From the NCBI GenBank assembly GCA_049974095.1, contig JBMFJD010000001.1, forward strand, positions 1-32,000: a stretch of DNA of 32,000 nt, given 5' to 3'. This stretch comes from Nanopusillaceae archaeon (lineage in GTDB: Archaea; Nanobdellota; Nanobdellia; Nanobdellales; Nanobdellaceae). The notes beneath the pieces are model-generated. The model was not told the origin of the DNA, did not search any database, and was given only the letters and a program-made list of their open reading frames with translations. The position numbers and the translations under genes were made by a program. This document shows positions 16,308 to 23,191 of this stretch, piece by piece (the first letter of the stretch is position 1; each line of letters begins with the position of its first letter).

Positions 16308-16831
16308 TTGGAATTATATATACAAATAAAGAAGAATTATCTAAATATGAATTTTTATATCCAGTAGAAGAAATATTAAAAGAGAAAAATATAAAATATA
16401 AAATATTTTCTTATAAGGAAAAAATAAATGAAAATATTGAAAAAATAATAATAACAGGAACTGCAATAATGGATTTTGACTATTTAAACTATTTAGATAA
16501 TTTTAGATTTATAATAGAAAATAATATAAAAACATTGGCAATATGTTCTGGCTCTCAAATTTTAACAAAATTATTAGGATATAATTTAATTGAAAAAGAG
16601 ATTATTGGAAAATATAGAGTAAAAATAATAAAAGAAAATAAGTTAATAGATAAAGATTTTGATGCATATTTTATTATAACAAAAATACCAGAAATAGATA
16701 ATAAATTTGAAATTTATGGAGTGATAGAGAATATCCCAGCATTATTTAATTATAAAAATATATATTTTTCTCTTTTCCATCCGGAAGTTTTAAATAAAGA
16801 AATTATAATAAATTTTATAGATAATATATAA
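16304..16831 (+). CDS. Class I glutamine amidotransferase-like protein
   Basis: TLAICSGSQIL gives the nucleophile elbow (G/A-x-C-x-G-x-Q) and FSLFHPEV gives the His-Glu of the triad. The 175-aa length resembles stand-alone archaeal GATase subunits. The start overlaps dph6 at an ATGA junction. Confidence 0.65.
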   Translation: MIGIIYTNKEELSKYEFLYPVEEILKEKNIKYKIFSYKEKINENIEKIIITGTAIMDFDYLNYLDNFRFIIENNIKTLAICSGSQILTKLLGYNLIEKEIIGKYRVKIIKENKLIDKDFDAYFIITKIPEIDNKFEIYGVIENIPALFNYKNIYFSLFHPEVLNKEIIINFIDNI

Positions 16832-16832
16832 A

Positions 16833-16887
16833 CCCCTATCAAGGGTGACCTTAGATTATATGAAAAGGTTGAGTTGATAGGGGTACA
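16833..16887 (+). ncRNA. Structured hairpin RNA, possibly a single-hairpin H/ACA-like guide
   Basis: A perfect 10-bp lower stem pairs CCCCTATCAA (16833-16842) with TTGATAGGGG (16874-16883). An inner 5-bp stem pairs ACCTT (16848-16852) with AAGGT (16865-16869). These leave unpaired GGGTG and TGAG strands as a candidate pocket. The apical loop aGA-ttatat-GAa could form tandem sheared G.A pairs (a K-loop). ACA at 16885-16887 lies 15 nt from the inner stem. The region is a GC-rich island starting 2 nt after the upstream stop codon. Confidence 0.35.
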
Positions 16888-16889
16888 TA

Positions 16890-16940
16890 ATGAGGATACC
16901 GTCCCAGTCTGATATAATGATGACGGAGAGACGACTCTGA
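16890..16940 (+). ncRNA. C/D-box sRNA (2'-O-methylation guide)
   Basis: The sequence reads AUGAGGA (C box, 16890-16896; one mismatch to RUGAUGA) - UACCGUCCCAGU (12 nt) - CUGA (D', 16909-16912) - UAUA - AUGAUGA (C', 16917-16923) - CGGAGAGACGACU (13 nt) - CUGA (D, 16937-16940). Confidence 0.7.
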
Positions 16941-16987
16941 TAAAATTTAAAATATTAAATATGAAATAAAATAAGAAAAATTAAAAA

Positions 16988-18925
16988 CTATTCTTCTACT
17001 TTTTCCCTTCCTTTTCCTCCTTTTATTCTAGATTCCGCTAATATTGATGCAATAATAATAATTGCAACTATTACCAATATCCAGAATATTATTTCTTCTG
17101 ATGGTATTGTTAATTGCGTTGTTGTTCCATATGCTGTATATGTTTGATTTAATGTAAATAATACTTTTCCTGTATTTTGATCAATTATATCTACATATAC
17201 TGTTACATTATTAGATTCTGCTGTTACATTTAATGGTATTTGCTCTGAATATGTACCTCCAATTTGTACTGTTTGTTGTTCTGGATATACTTTTCCGCCT
17301 ACAGCATATGCTTGTACTAATAAATTATATATTTGCGTTGTGTTTGCTGATAATACTAAATATATTGTTGTATTTTTACCAATTGTTAATTGTTTATATC
17401 CAATCAATGATGCTGTAATTGGATAATATACTGGAACTGTTCCATTTACATATAAATTATATGTATATTGCTGTGCTATTCCATTATAATTAAATACAAA
17501 TGTTATTGGATAATATCCTGCTTCTAATCCTTCTGGTATATATATTACTACTGGTAATTGTGTTGGCGTATTTGGAGATAATGTTATTGTTGATAATTGC
17601 TGAAGCATATTTAATTGCTGTGATTCTACCATTGGTGTTACTTGTAAATCCATTGGTAGATTTGATTCTAATTCTAAGTACAATTCTACAAAGCTTCCTG
17701 GTTTTACATTAAATGTATTTGCATATACATTTAATACATTTACAGGTTGTATATTTTGCTCATTTACAGTTATTTGATATGTATATTCATTTATTTCTAC
17801 CCCATTTTCATATAAGTATAATATAATTGTATAATATCCCGGAGATAATCTAATAGTACTAAATGGTATTATTATTTCTCCTTGTTGTTGTGGACTTATT
17901 AATTGTGAATTTTCTAAATTATATATTAAATTTCCATATTGATCATATAATAATAATTGTATTGTTGCATTTACTGTTTGATATCCTGGATTTTCTAATA
18001 ATAAATTTATGTTATATAATGCAGATCCTAAATTTGTTAATTTATTGAAGTTTGGTGATATTGATAATACCTCTAATTGCCCTCCATATTGATTATTTGA
18101 TATATAGAATGAATCTGTTGTATATTGTGTTAATACTTGTCCATTTACTAGTACTGCATTTAATTGTTCTGTTATATACATTTGTCCTTCTACATTTTGT
18201 AAATAGTAATTTGGTATTGACATTGTTACTAAGTTTTCTCCTGGTTGTAAATTAATATTTTCTTGTGTTTGATATACAATATTTCCTTGTGAATTATATA
18301 ATGTTAATGTTAAGGTTGCAGATTGAATATTTGTTTCTGTATTTTGTACATATACTACTGATTGTACATTTAATCCATATTCCTGTACTTGCTGTTGAGA
18401 AATTACCTGAGGTAATTGTACAATAGATAATGATAAATTATATGGCAAATATACAATTGAATAATATTGTTGTTGCGACAAGAGTTTTTCAGTATTGTTT
18501 TGATATATTAATGCTACTGTTGCATTTACTGTAATATTACTTACTGTAGTAGTTATCTCTGTACATACATAATTTGTACATGTTTGTACTACTTGCTGTT
18601 GCTGTGCTAAATTTAATATTTGTGGATTTACTGTAATTGTATATATATTATTTCCTGTATATACAGCTATTGGTTCATAATATTGATATATTAAATTATT
18701 ATTTGGTCCATATATATTGAAATACAAATATGCTTCATATGGTTTTTGTTCTACTCCCAATAATTTTACTGTAAATGTCAATCCATTGCTAATATAATTT
18801 CCTAATAATGTTGATGCTTGTGGTTCTATTACTATTTGTTGTGATTTTACTGCAAATGCTACTATTGCTAATGCTAAAAGAAAGCCAAATATCTTTTTAA
18901 ATGTTACTGCAAATTTGTTATCCAT
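16988..18925 (-). CDS. Cell-surface (S-layer-like) glycoprotein candidate with a C-terminal membrane anchor
   Basis: It has a signal peptide (MDNKFAVTFKKIFGFLLALAIVAFAVKSQQ) and a C-terminal TM helix with a basic tail (IIFWILVIVAIIIIASILAESRIKGGKGREKVEE). In between are about 575 aa rich in Q/N/Y/T/V with repeated beta-sandwich (CARDB-like) patterns, for example ATLTLTLYNSQGNIVYQ...LQPGENLVTMSIP and VNATIQLLLYDQYGNLIYN...LSPGYYTIILYLY. Sequons are numerous and charged residues very few. Confidence 0.6.
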   Translation of the reverse strand: MDNKFAVTFKKIFGFLLALAIVAFAVKSQQIVIEPQASTLLGNYISNGLTFTVKLLGVEQKPYEAYLYFNIYGPNNNLIYQYYEPIAVYTGNNIYTITVNPQILNLAQQQQVVQTCTNYVCTEITTTVSNITVNATVALIYQNNTEKLLSQQQYYSIVYLPYNLSLSIVQLPQVISQQQVQEYGLNVQSVVYVQNTETNIQSATLTLTLYNSQGNIVYQTQENINLQPGENLVTMSIPNYYLQNVEGQMYITEQLNAVLVNGQVLTQYTTDSFYISNNQYGGQLEVLSISPNFNKLTNLGSALYNINLLLENPGYQTVNATIQLLLYDQYGNLIYNLENSQLISPQQQGEIIIPFSTIRLSPGYYTIILYLYENGVEINEYTYQITVNEQNIQPVNVLNVYANTFNVKPGSFVELYLELESNLPMDLQVTPMVESQQLNMLQQLSTITLSPNTPTQLPVVIYIPEGLEAGYYPITFVFNYNGIAQQYTYNLYVNGTVPVYYPITASLIGYKQLTIGKNTTIYLVLSANTTQIYNLLVQAYAVGGKVYPEQQTVQIGGTYSEQIPLNVTAESNNVTVYVDIIDQNTGKVLFTLNQTYTAYGTTTQLTIPSEEIIFWILVIVAIIIIASILAESRIKGGKGREKVEE

Positions 18926-18951
18926 ATGAAATAAAATTTTGAGAAAATTTT

Positions 18952-19731
18952 TTAAATGCTACCACTACTTCTTATAGAATATATTTCACTATCCCCAGGA
19001 AGATATTTAATTATATCATCTATATCAATTTTAAATATTTTATTTATTTCTTTTGCAATATCTAATGGTTTCTTGTTTCCTGGAATTAATATAACATAAT
19101 TTTCATATTTATTTATAATACTTTCAGGAATTCCTGGAAAAATTTCAAAATCTTTGAATCCAAAGGCGATTTCCAATTTTACTTTTAAATAATTCTTTTT
19201 TCCATATATCATAAAAGATCCTTTTTTAATATACATTCCAGAAGGTGCTTTTTTAGAAACTTGTTCTGGATATACATAATATACATCAACTGATGATAAT
19301 TTATTTTTCCATGCTCTTGAATATGAACTAACAAATTTTGCAGCTTCATATATATCATTTTCTTTTGCTTCTTGTCCATTTTTTAATATACCAAAAGGAG
19401 AACCAATAATATCTGCATGAAGAACAAGATCCTTTTTCTCTAAATATTTATTTATTAAAATTTCATTTGTATTTACATCTTTTCCAGCAATTAGTAAAAA
19501 TCCATTTGATGTAAACATCCATCTAAATTTTTCATACCATTTTTTATTTCTTTTTCTTTCCTCTTTCTTTTTTTCAACCTCAATTTCTTTTTCAATATTT
19601 TTTAATTTTTCTTCATTTTCTTTAATTAATTTTTCCAAATTTTCTTTTTTATTTTTTAATTCTCTTATCTTTTCATATAATTCATTTATATTTTCATATA
19701 TATTTTTCCTAATATCAATTTTTATTTCCAT
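18952..19731 (-). CDS. NFACT-family (Rqc2/NEMF/FbpA-like) protein, C-terminal part only: coiled coil plus NFACT-R/DUF814
   Basis: KWYEKFRWMFTSNGFLLIAGKDVNTNEILINKYLEKKDLVLHADIIGSPFGILKNG matches the DUF814 signature (compare WFEKFRWFISS..GGRD..QNE...KYL...D.Y.HAD..GA). It is preceded by a K/E-rich coiled coil. No NFACT-N domain is present. Confidence 0.75.
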   Translation of the reverse strand: MEIKIDIRKNIYENINELYEKIRELKNKKENLEKLIKENEEKLKNIEKEIEVEKKKEERKRNKKWYEKFRWMFTSNGFLLIAGKDVNTNEILINKYLEKKDLVLHADIIGSPFGILKNGQEAKENDIYEAAKFVSSYSRAWKNKLSSVDVYYVYPEQVSKKAPSGMYIKKGSFMIYGKKNYLKVKLEIAFGFKDFEIFPGIPESIINKYENYVILIPGNKKPLDIAKEINKIFKIDIDDIIKYLPGDSEIYSIRSSGSI

Positions 19732-20542
19732 TTTTCCAACATATATTATAGAATAGACATTTCTTACATTTTTCAGTATAATTTTTTCCTGGATCTTCCT
19801 TATTTTCTATCATATCTAATATTTTATCTTTTATTTCCAAAATTCTCTCTATTTCTTTCTTATTTTTAAATTCAATTTCCTTTTTATAATTATCTTTTAC
19901 ATACAATATATATCCTTTCTCTATTTTATACTTGGGAAATTCATCCTTTAATAATAAATAATATGAATATAATTGAGTAATATGCTCTCTTTTAAAAAAT
20001 CCTGATTTTATTTCATAAGGAATTATAAAATTTCTATATATTTCTAATCTATCTACTCTTCCAACAATATTATATTTTAATGACGTAACATCCAATTCTG
20101 TCATAATTTTTGGCTCTAGACCATCCCAAAGCTCTATTCCATATAAATCATTATTTATAATAAAATTAAATACATTTTTCGCCCTTTCCTCAATATCTTT
20201 TGAAATATAATTAAATGATTTTATCTTTATTGTATTTATATCCATATTTAATTTTTCTATTTCTTCTTTAAACTCATCTATTACTTTATCAATTATTTCT
20301 AACAGAAATTTATTATATAACTCTAAAATATATTCAAATCCTTTATTTTCCTTTATATTATATATTATTTCCTTTTCTTTCTCATTTATATTATCAAAAA
20401 TTGAATGAACAATAGATCCAAAAACTTTTTTTTCTGTACTTTCTTCTTCATATCTCAAAACCCTTTTCAGATATACTTTTCTAGGACAAAACATATAATC
20501 TGTAATATCTGTTACTCTAACAAATTTATCATTAATTTCCAC
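19715..20542 (-). CDS. Cas4-like / RecB-family PD-(D/E)xK nuclease with a 4-Cys cluster (DUF83)
   Basis: The start codon is GTG. The N-terminal VTDITDYMFCPRKVYLKR carries the first Cys. The nuclease core is GRVDRLE...IIPYEIKSG (D...ExK), followed by QLYSYYLLL and the C-terminal CKKCLFYNIC (CxxCx5C). It overlaps the downstream NFACT-C gene by 17 nt. Confidence 0.75.
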   Translation of the reverse strand: MEINDKFVRVTDITDYMFCPRKVYLKRVLRYEEESTEKKVFGSIVHSIFDNINEKEKEIIYNIKENKGFEYILELYNKFLLEIIDKVIDEFKEEIEKLNMDINTIKIKSFNYISKDIEERAKNVFNFIINNDLYGIELWDGLEPKIMTELDVTSLKYNIVGRVDRLEIYRNFIIPYEIKSGFFKREHITQLYSYYLLLKDEFPKYKIEKGYILYVKDNYKKEIEFKNKKEIERILEIKDKILDMIENKEDPGKNYTEKCKKCLFYNICWKNGNKN

Positions 20543-20582
20543 TTTATTTTATTCTTTTTAATATTTTTATAAATATAGTAAT

Positions 20583-20921
20583 ATGGACATAAAAGAAATA
20601 ATGAAAATACAAGAAGAATTTCAAAAAGAAGCTTTTCCAGATTTTTGGAACATAAAAAATGAAGAAGACTTTTATAACAAATTATTATATTTAGGAGTAG
20701 CATTATCTGGAGAAGTCGGAGAATTTAATAATTTAGTTAAAAAATTATATAGAAGTAAATTTTTCAAAAAGGAAAATATTGAAAATATTGATGAAAAAAT
20801 AAGAGAAGAGTTTGCAGATATATTTATCTATTTATTATTAATTGCAATGTTATTAAATATTGATATAGAAAAAGAATTCTTGAAAAAACTAGAAATAAAT
20901 AGAAAAAGGTTTATAGAATGA
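20583..20921 (+). CDS. MazG-like all-alpha nucleotide pyrophosphohydrolase
   Basis: Recognised from LSGEVGEFNNLVKK and EEFADIFIYLLLIAMLLNIDIEKEFLKKLEINRKRF, which give the EExxE/D metal-binding helices of the MazG/dimeric dUTPase-like fold. Confidence 0.7.
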   Translation: MDIKEIMKIQEEFQKEAFPDFWNIKNEEDFYNKLLYLGVALSGEVGEFNNLVKKLYRSKFFKKENIENIDEKIREEFADIFIYLLLIAMLLNIDIEKEFLKKLEINRKRFIE

Positions 20922-21406
20922 AAATATTTATTACTGGAAAACCTGGATCTGGAAAAACAACATTAGTAAAAAAATTATATGAAGAATTTCAAGATAGATT
21001 TTTTGGATTTTATACTGAAGAGATAAGAGAAAACAAAGAAAGGGTAGGATTTAAAATAATAACTACATGGGGAGAAGAATTATTATTAGCATCAAAAAAT
21101 ATAAAAACAGAATATAGATTAAAAAATTATTTTATAATAAAAGAAAATATTGATAAAGTAAGTAAAAAAATATTAGATAACATTGTTATAAATAAAATAT
21201 TGTTGATAGATGAAATAGGAAAGATGGAATTTTTCTCAGATATATTTAAAGAATTGGTGAATAAAGTAATAAATGATGAAAATATTGATTTATTAGCAAC
21301 AATCAATTTGTATTATTTGTCAATGATAAAAAATAACTATATTTATTTAACTAGAGAAAGCTTTAATAAAATTTATAAAGAACTAAGAGAATTAATTAAA
21401 AAATGA
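20918..21406 (+). CDS. Nucleoside-triphosphatase THEP1 family (NTPase_1)
   Basis: MKIFITGKPGSGKTTLVKKL is the Walker A motif. GFYTEEIRENKERVGFKIIT and LLIDEIGKME (Walker B) are characteristic of THEP1/MJ1559-type NTPases. Confidence 0.85.
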   Translation: MKIFITGKPGSGKTTLVKKLYEEFQDRFFGFYTEEIRENKERVGFKIITTWGEELLLASKNIKTEYRLKNYFIIKENIDKVSKKILDNIVINKILLIDEIGKMEFFSDIFKELVNKVINDENIDLLATINLYYLSMIKNNYIYLTRESFNKIYKELRELIKK

Positions 21407-21597
21407 CAAAAATAATATTGGATAAGAATGCATGTATATCTGCAGGAATATGTATTGCATTAGCTCCAGAGATTTTTCAATGGGATGAGGACAATAAAGC
21501 AAAAGTAATTTTATCAGAAACTAATGATAAAAATTTAATCGAAAAAGCAAAGAATGCTGAAATAGCATGCCCTGCTCATGCAATAAAAGTATTATAA
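21403..21597 (+). CDS. Single-cluster ferredoxin (3-Cys; predicted [3Fe-4S] or non-Cys-ligated [4Fe-4S])
   Basis: The cluster motif is C-I-S-A-G-I-C ... C-P (CISAGIC...ACPAHAI). Ala occupies the position that is Cys in the next two paralogues and Asp in Pyrococcus furiosus ferredoxin. Confidence 0.8.
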   Translation: MTKIILDKNACISAGICIALAPEIFQWDEDNKAKVILSETNDKNLIEKAKNAEIACPAHAIKVL

Positions 21598-21598
21598 G

Positions 21599-21808
21599 AT
21601 GAAAATAAAAGTTGAAGTAAATAAGGAAACTTGTATTGGATGTGGAACATGTATAGCGGTAGCTCCAGAAATATTCGAATTTGATAATGATGGAAAATCA
21701 AAACCAAAAACTGAAATAATAGAGGATCAAAATCTAATAGAAAAGGCAAAAGATGCTGAGGCAGCATGTCCAACACATTCTATAAAGTTAACAGAAATTA
21801 AAGATTAA
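21599..21808 (+). CDS. Single-cluster [4Fe-4S] ferredoxin
   Basis: The cluster motif is CIGCGTC...ACPTHSI (CxxCxxC...CP). Alignment with the upstream paralogue is close (NLIEKAK[ND]AE.ACP.H.IK). Confidence 0.85.
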   Translation: MKIKVEVNKETCIGCGTCIAVAPEIFEFDNDGKSKPKTEIIEDQNLIEKAKDAEAACPTHSIKLTEIKD

Positions 21809-22017
21809 TGAAATATATTATAGATATAGATTATAAAAAATGTATAAATTGTTTTGCATGTTATTTAATAAATAGAGATATTTTTGGGATAAAAGAAAAT
21901 AAGATATATTTAAAAAAGAAGATAATCGAAGATGAAAATGAAATAAATGATCTAATTGAGGCTGCAAAAGCATGTCCTGCAAATGCTATATATTATCAAA
22001 TAGTAGAGGAAGATTAA
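21808..22017 (+). CDS. Single-cluster [4Fe-4S] ferredoxin (divergent third paralogue)
   Basis: The cluster motif is CINCFAC...ACPANAI. The start overlaps the upstream stop at a TAATG junction. Confidence 0.8.
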   Translation: MKYIIDIDYKKCINCFACYLINRDIFGIKENKIYLKKKIIEDENEINDLIEAAKACPANAIYYQIVEED

Positions 22018-22043
22018 TAAATTTCAATATATTTTTTATCTAT

Positions 22044-22607
22044 ATGGCATTTTATAATATATTCATAAACTTACTTACTCAGATGGGATTCTTTAATGTT
22101 ATCATTCCCTTCCTACTTGTGTATTCAATTATTTATGGTTTGCTTGCAAAATATAAAATAATTGGTGATCCATATAAAAGTGATGCCGAAGGGAAAGCAA
22201 CAAGAAGTTTAATTTCAATGATTGCCGCTGCAATAGGATTTTTTGTTGTTGCAGCAGCAAATGTTGTTCTTGAAATGTTAACATTAATTCCATACTTTGT
22301 TCTATTTATTTTAACAATATTTTTACTTTTATTAGCAATTGCTCCATTTATTACATCTGGAGGTGAAATAAAAATTGAAGGAAAAACAAGAAATATATTA
22401 TTAGCAGCTTCTATAATTGCATTTTTCTTAATAACTATGTTTTCTTTAGGATTATTTAATTATCTGGCTGGAGTATCTAGCTATTTTTCCTCTGGATATA
22501 CTATTCAAATAGTAGAAACTTTATTAGTATTAGGAATACTATTTGGAATAGTATATTGGATTGTTAAAGTACCGGCTAAAGAAGAAAAAAGTTCTCAATC
22601 AAAATGA
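22044..22607 (+). CDS. Polytopic membrane protein, paralogue 1 of 3 (uncharacterised family)
   Basis: I moved the start to the ATG at 22044 (MAFYNIFINLLTQMGFFNVIIPFLLVYSIIYGLLAK), because the track start at 21972 lies inside the ferredoxin gene. The protein has about 5 TM helices and contains no Cys or His. The C-terminus is ...GIVYWIV followed by a Lys/Glu tail. Confidence 0.7.
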   Translation: MAFYNIFINLLTQMGFFNVIIPFLLVYSIIYGLLAKYKIIGDPYKSDAEGKATRSLISMIAAAIGFFVVAAANVVLEMLTLIPYFVLFILTIFLLLLAIAPFITSGGEIKIEGKTRNILLAASIIAFFLITMFSLGLFNYLAGVSSYFSSGYTIQIVETLLVLGILFGIVYWIVKVPAKEEKSSQSK

Positions 22608-23191
22608 TATATAACTTTACAACAAACTTTATTTCTTTGTTATCTCAATATGGATTATTTGATTTAATTTTACCATTTCTACTAATATTTTCACTAATTT
22701 ATATGATATTAGAATTATCCAGTTTATTAAAAACAAATCCTGATGATCCTGTTGGAAGAAAATTAAATGCAGTCTTTGCATTTTCTTTTGCTTTAATTTC
22801 TTTAGCTAATCAAAATCTAATTTATTGGCTATTATCATTTATCCCAAATGCTTCAATAGCTATATTAGCATTTTTCTTATTAGCCATAGTTATTAGTTTA
22901 ATGGGAAAAAACATACCAGGAATTGCAAGAGCATTATTGGCATTTCTTGTTATTGGAATAATACTATGGTTAGCAGTAAATGCATTAGAATTTCAAAGTA
23001 GTTCAAATTATCAGACAGCAGGAGTAATTTCTTATGTAATAAATTATTTAATACAATCTGGTCTTTTAGAAATTATAATTATTTTCTTATTACTATTCTT
23101 AGCAGTATATTGGATAATTGGTGGAAAGGAAAAGAAGGAAGAAAAGGAAGAAGATAAAGGGGGAACACCAATTATAATTACATCTAAATAA
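22604..23191 (+). CDS. Polytopic membrane protein, paralogue 2 of 3
   Basis: The N-terminus (NFISLLSQYGLFDLILPFLLIFSLIYMIL) and C-terminus (AVYWIIGGKEKKEEKEE) share the motifs of the neighbouring paralogues. The start overlaps the upstream gene at an ATGA junction. Confidence 0.7.
   Translation: MIYNFTTNFISLLSQYGLFDLILPFLLIFSLIYMILELSSLLKTNPDDPVGRKLNAVFAFSFALISLANQNLIYWLLSFIPNASIAILAFFLLAIVISLMGKNIPGIARALLAFLVIGIILWLAVNALEFQSSSNYQTAGVISYVINYLIQSGLLEIIIIFLLLFLAVYWIIGGKEKKEEKEEDKGGTPIIITSK

Noticed and set aside
15642-16831. PP-loop ATPase plus GATase pair considered as split GMP synthase (GuaAB/GuaAA).
   Set aside because: The PP-loop protein has SGGKDS, NESY.YH and GEGGEYET, all of the Dph6/MJ0570 family. 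GuaA has SGGVDS and a C-terminal dimerisation domain, and this protein is only 221 aa.
16833-16883. The 10-bp GC-rich inverted repeat considered as an intrinsic transcription terminator.
   Set aside because: Archaeal termination generally relies on oligo-T tracts rather than hairpins. The hairpin is not followed by a T-run but by ACA and a C/D-box sRNA, which points to a structured RNA.
21972-22043. The track's 5' extension of the first membrane paralogue (MSCKCYILSNSRGRLINFNIFFIY...).
   Set aside because: It overlaps the 3' end of the third ferredoxin gene in another frame. The conserved family N-terminus begins at the ATG at 22044, matching the starts of paralogues 2 and 3.
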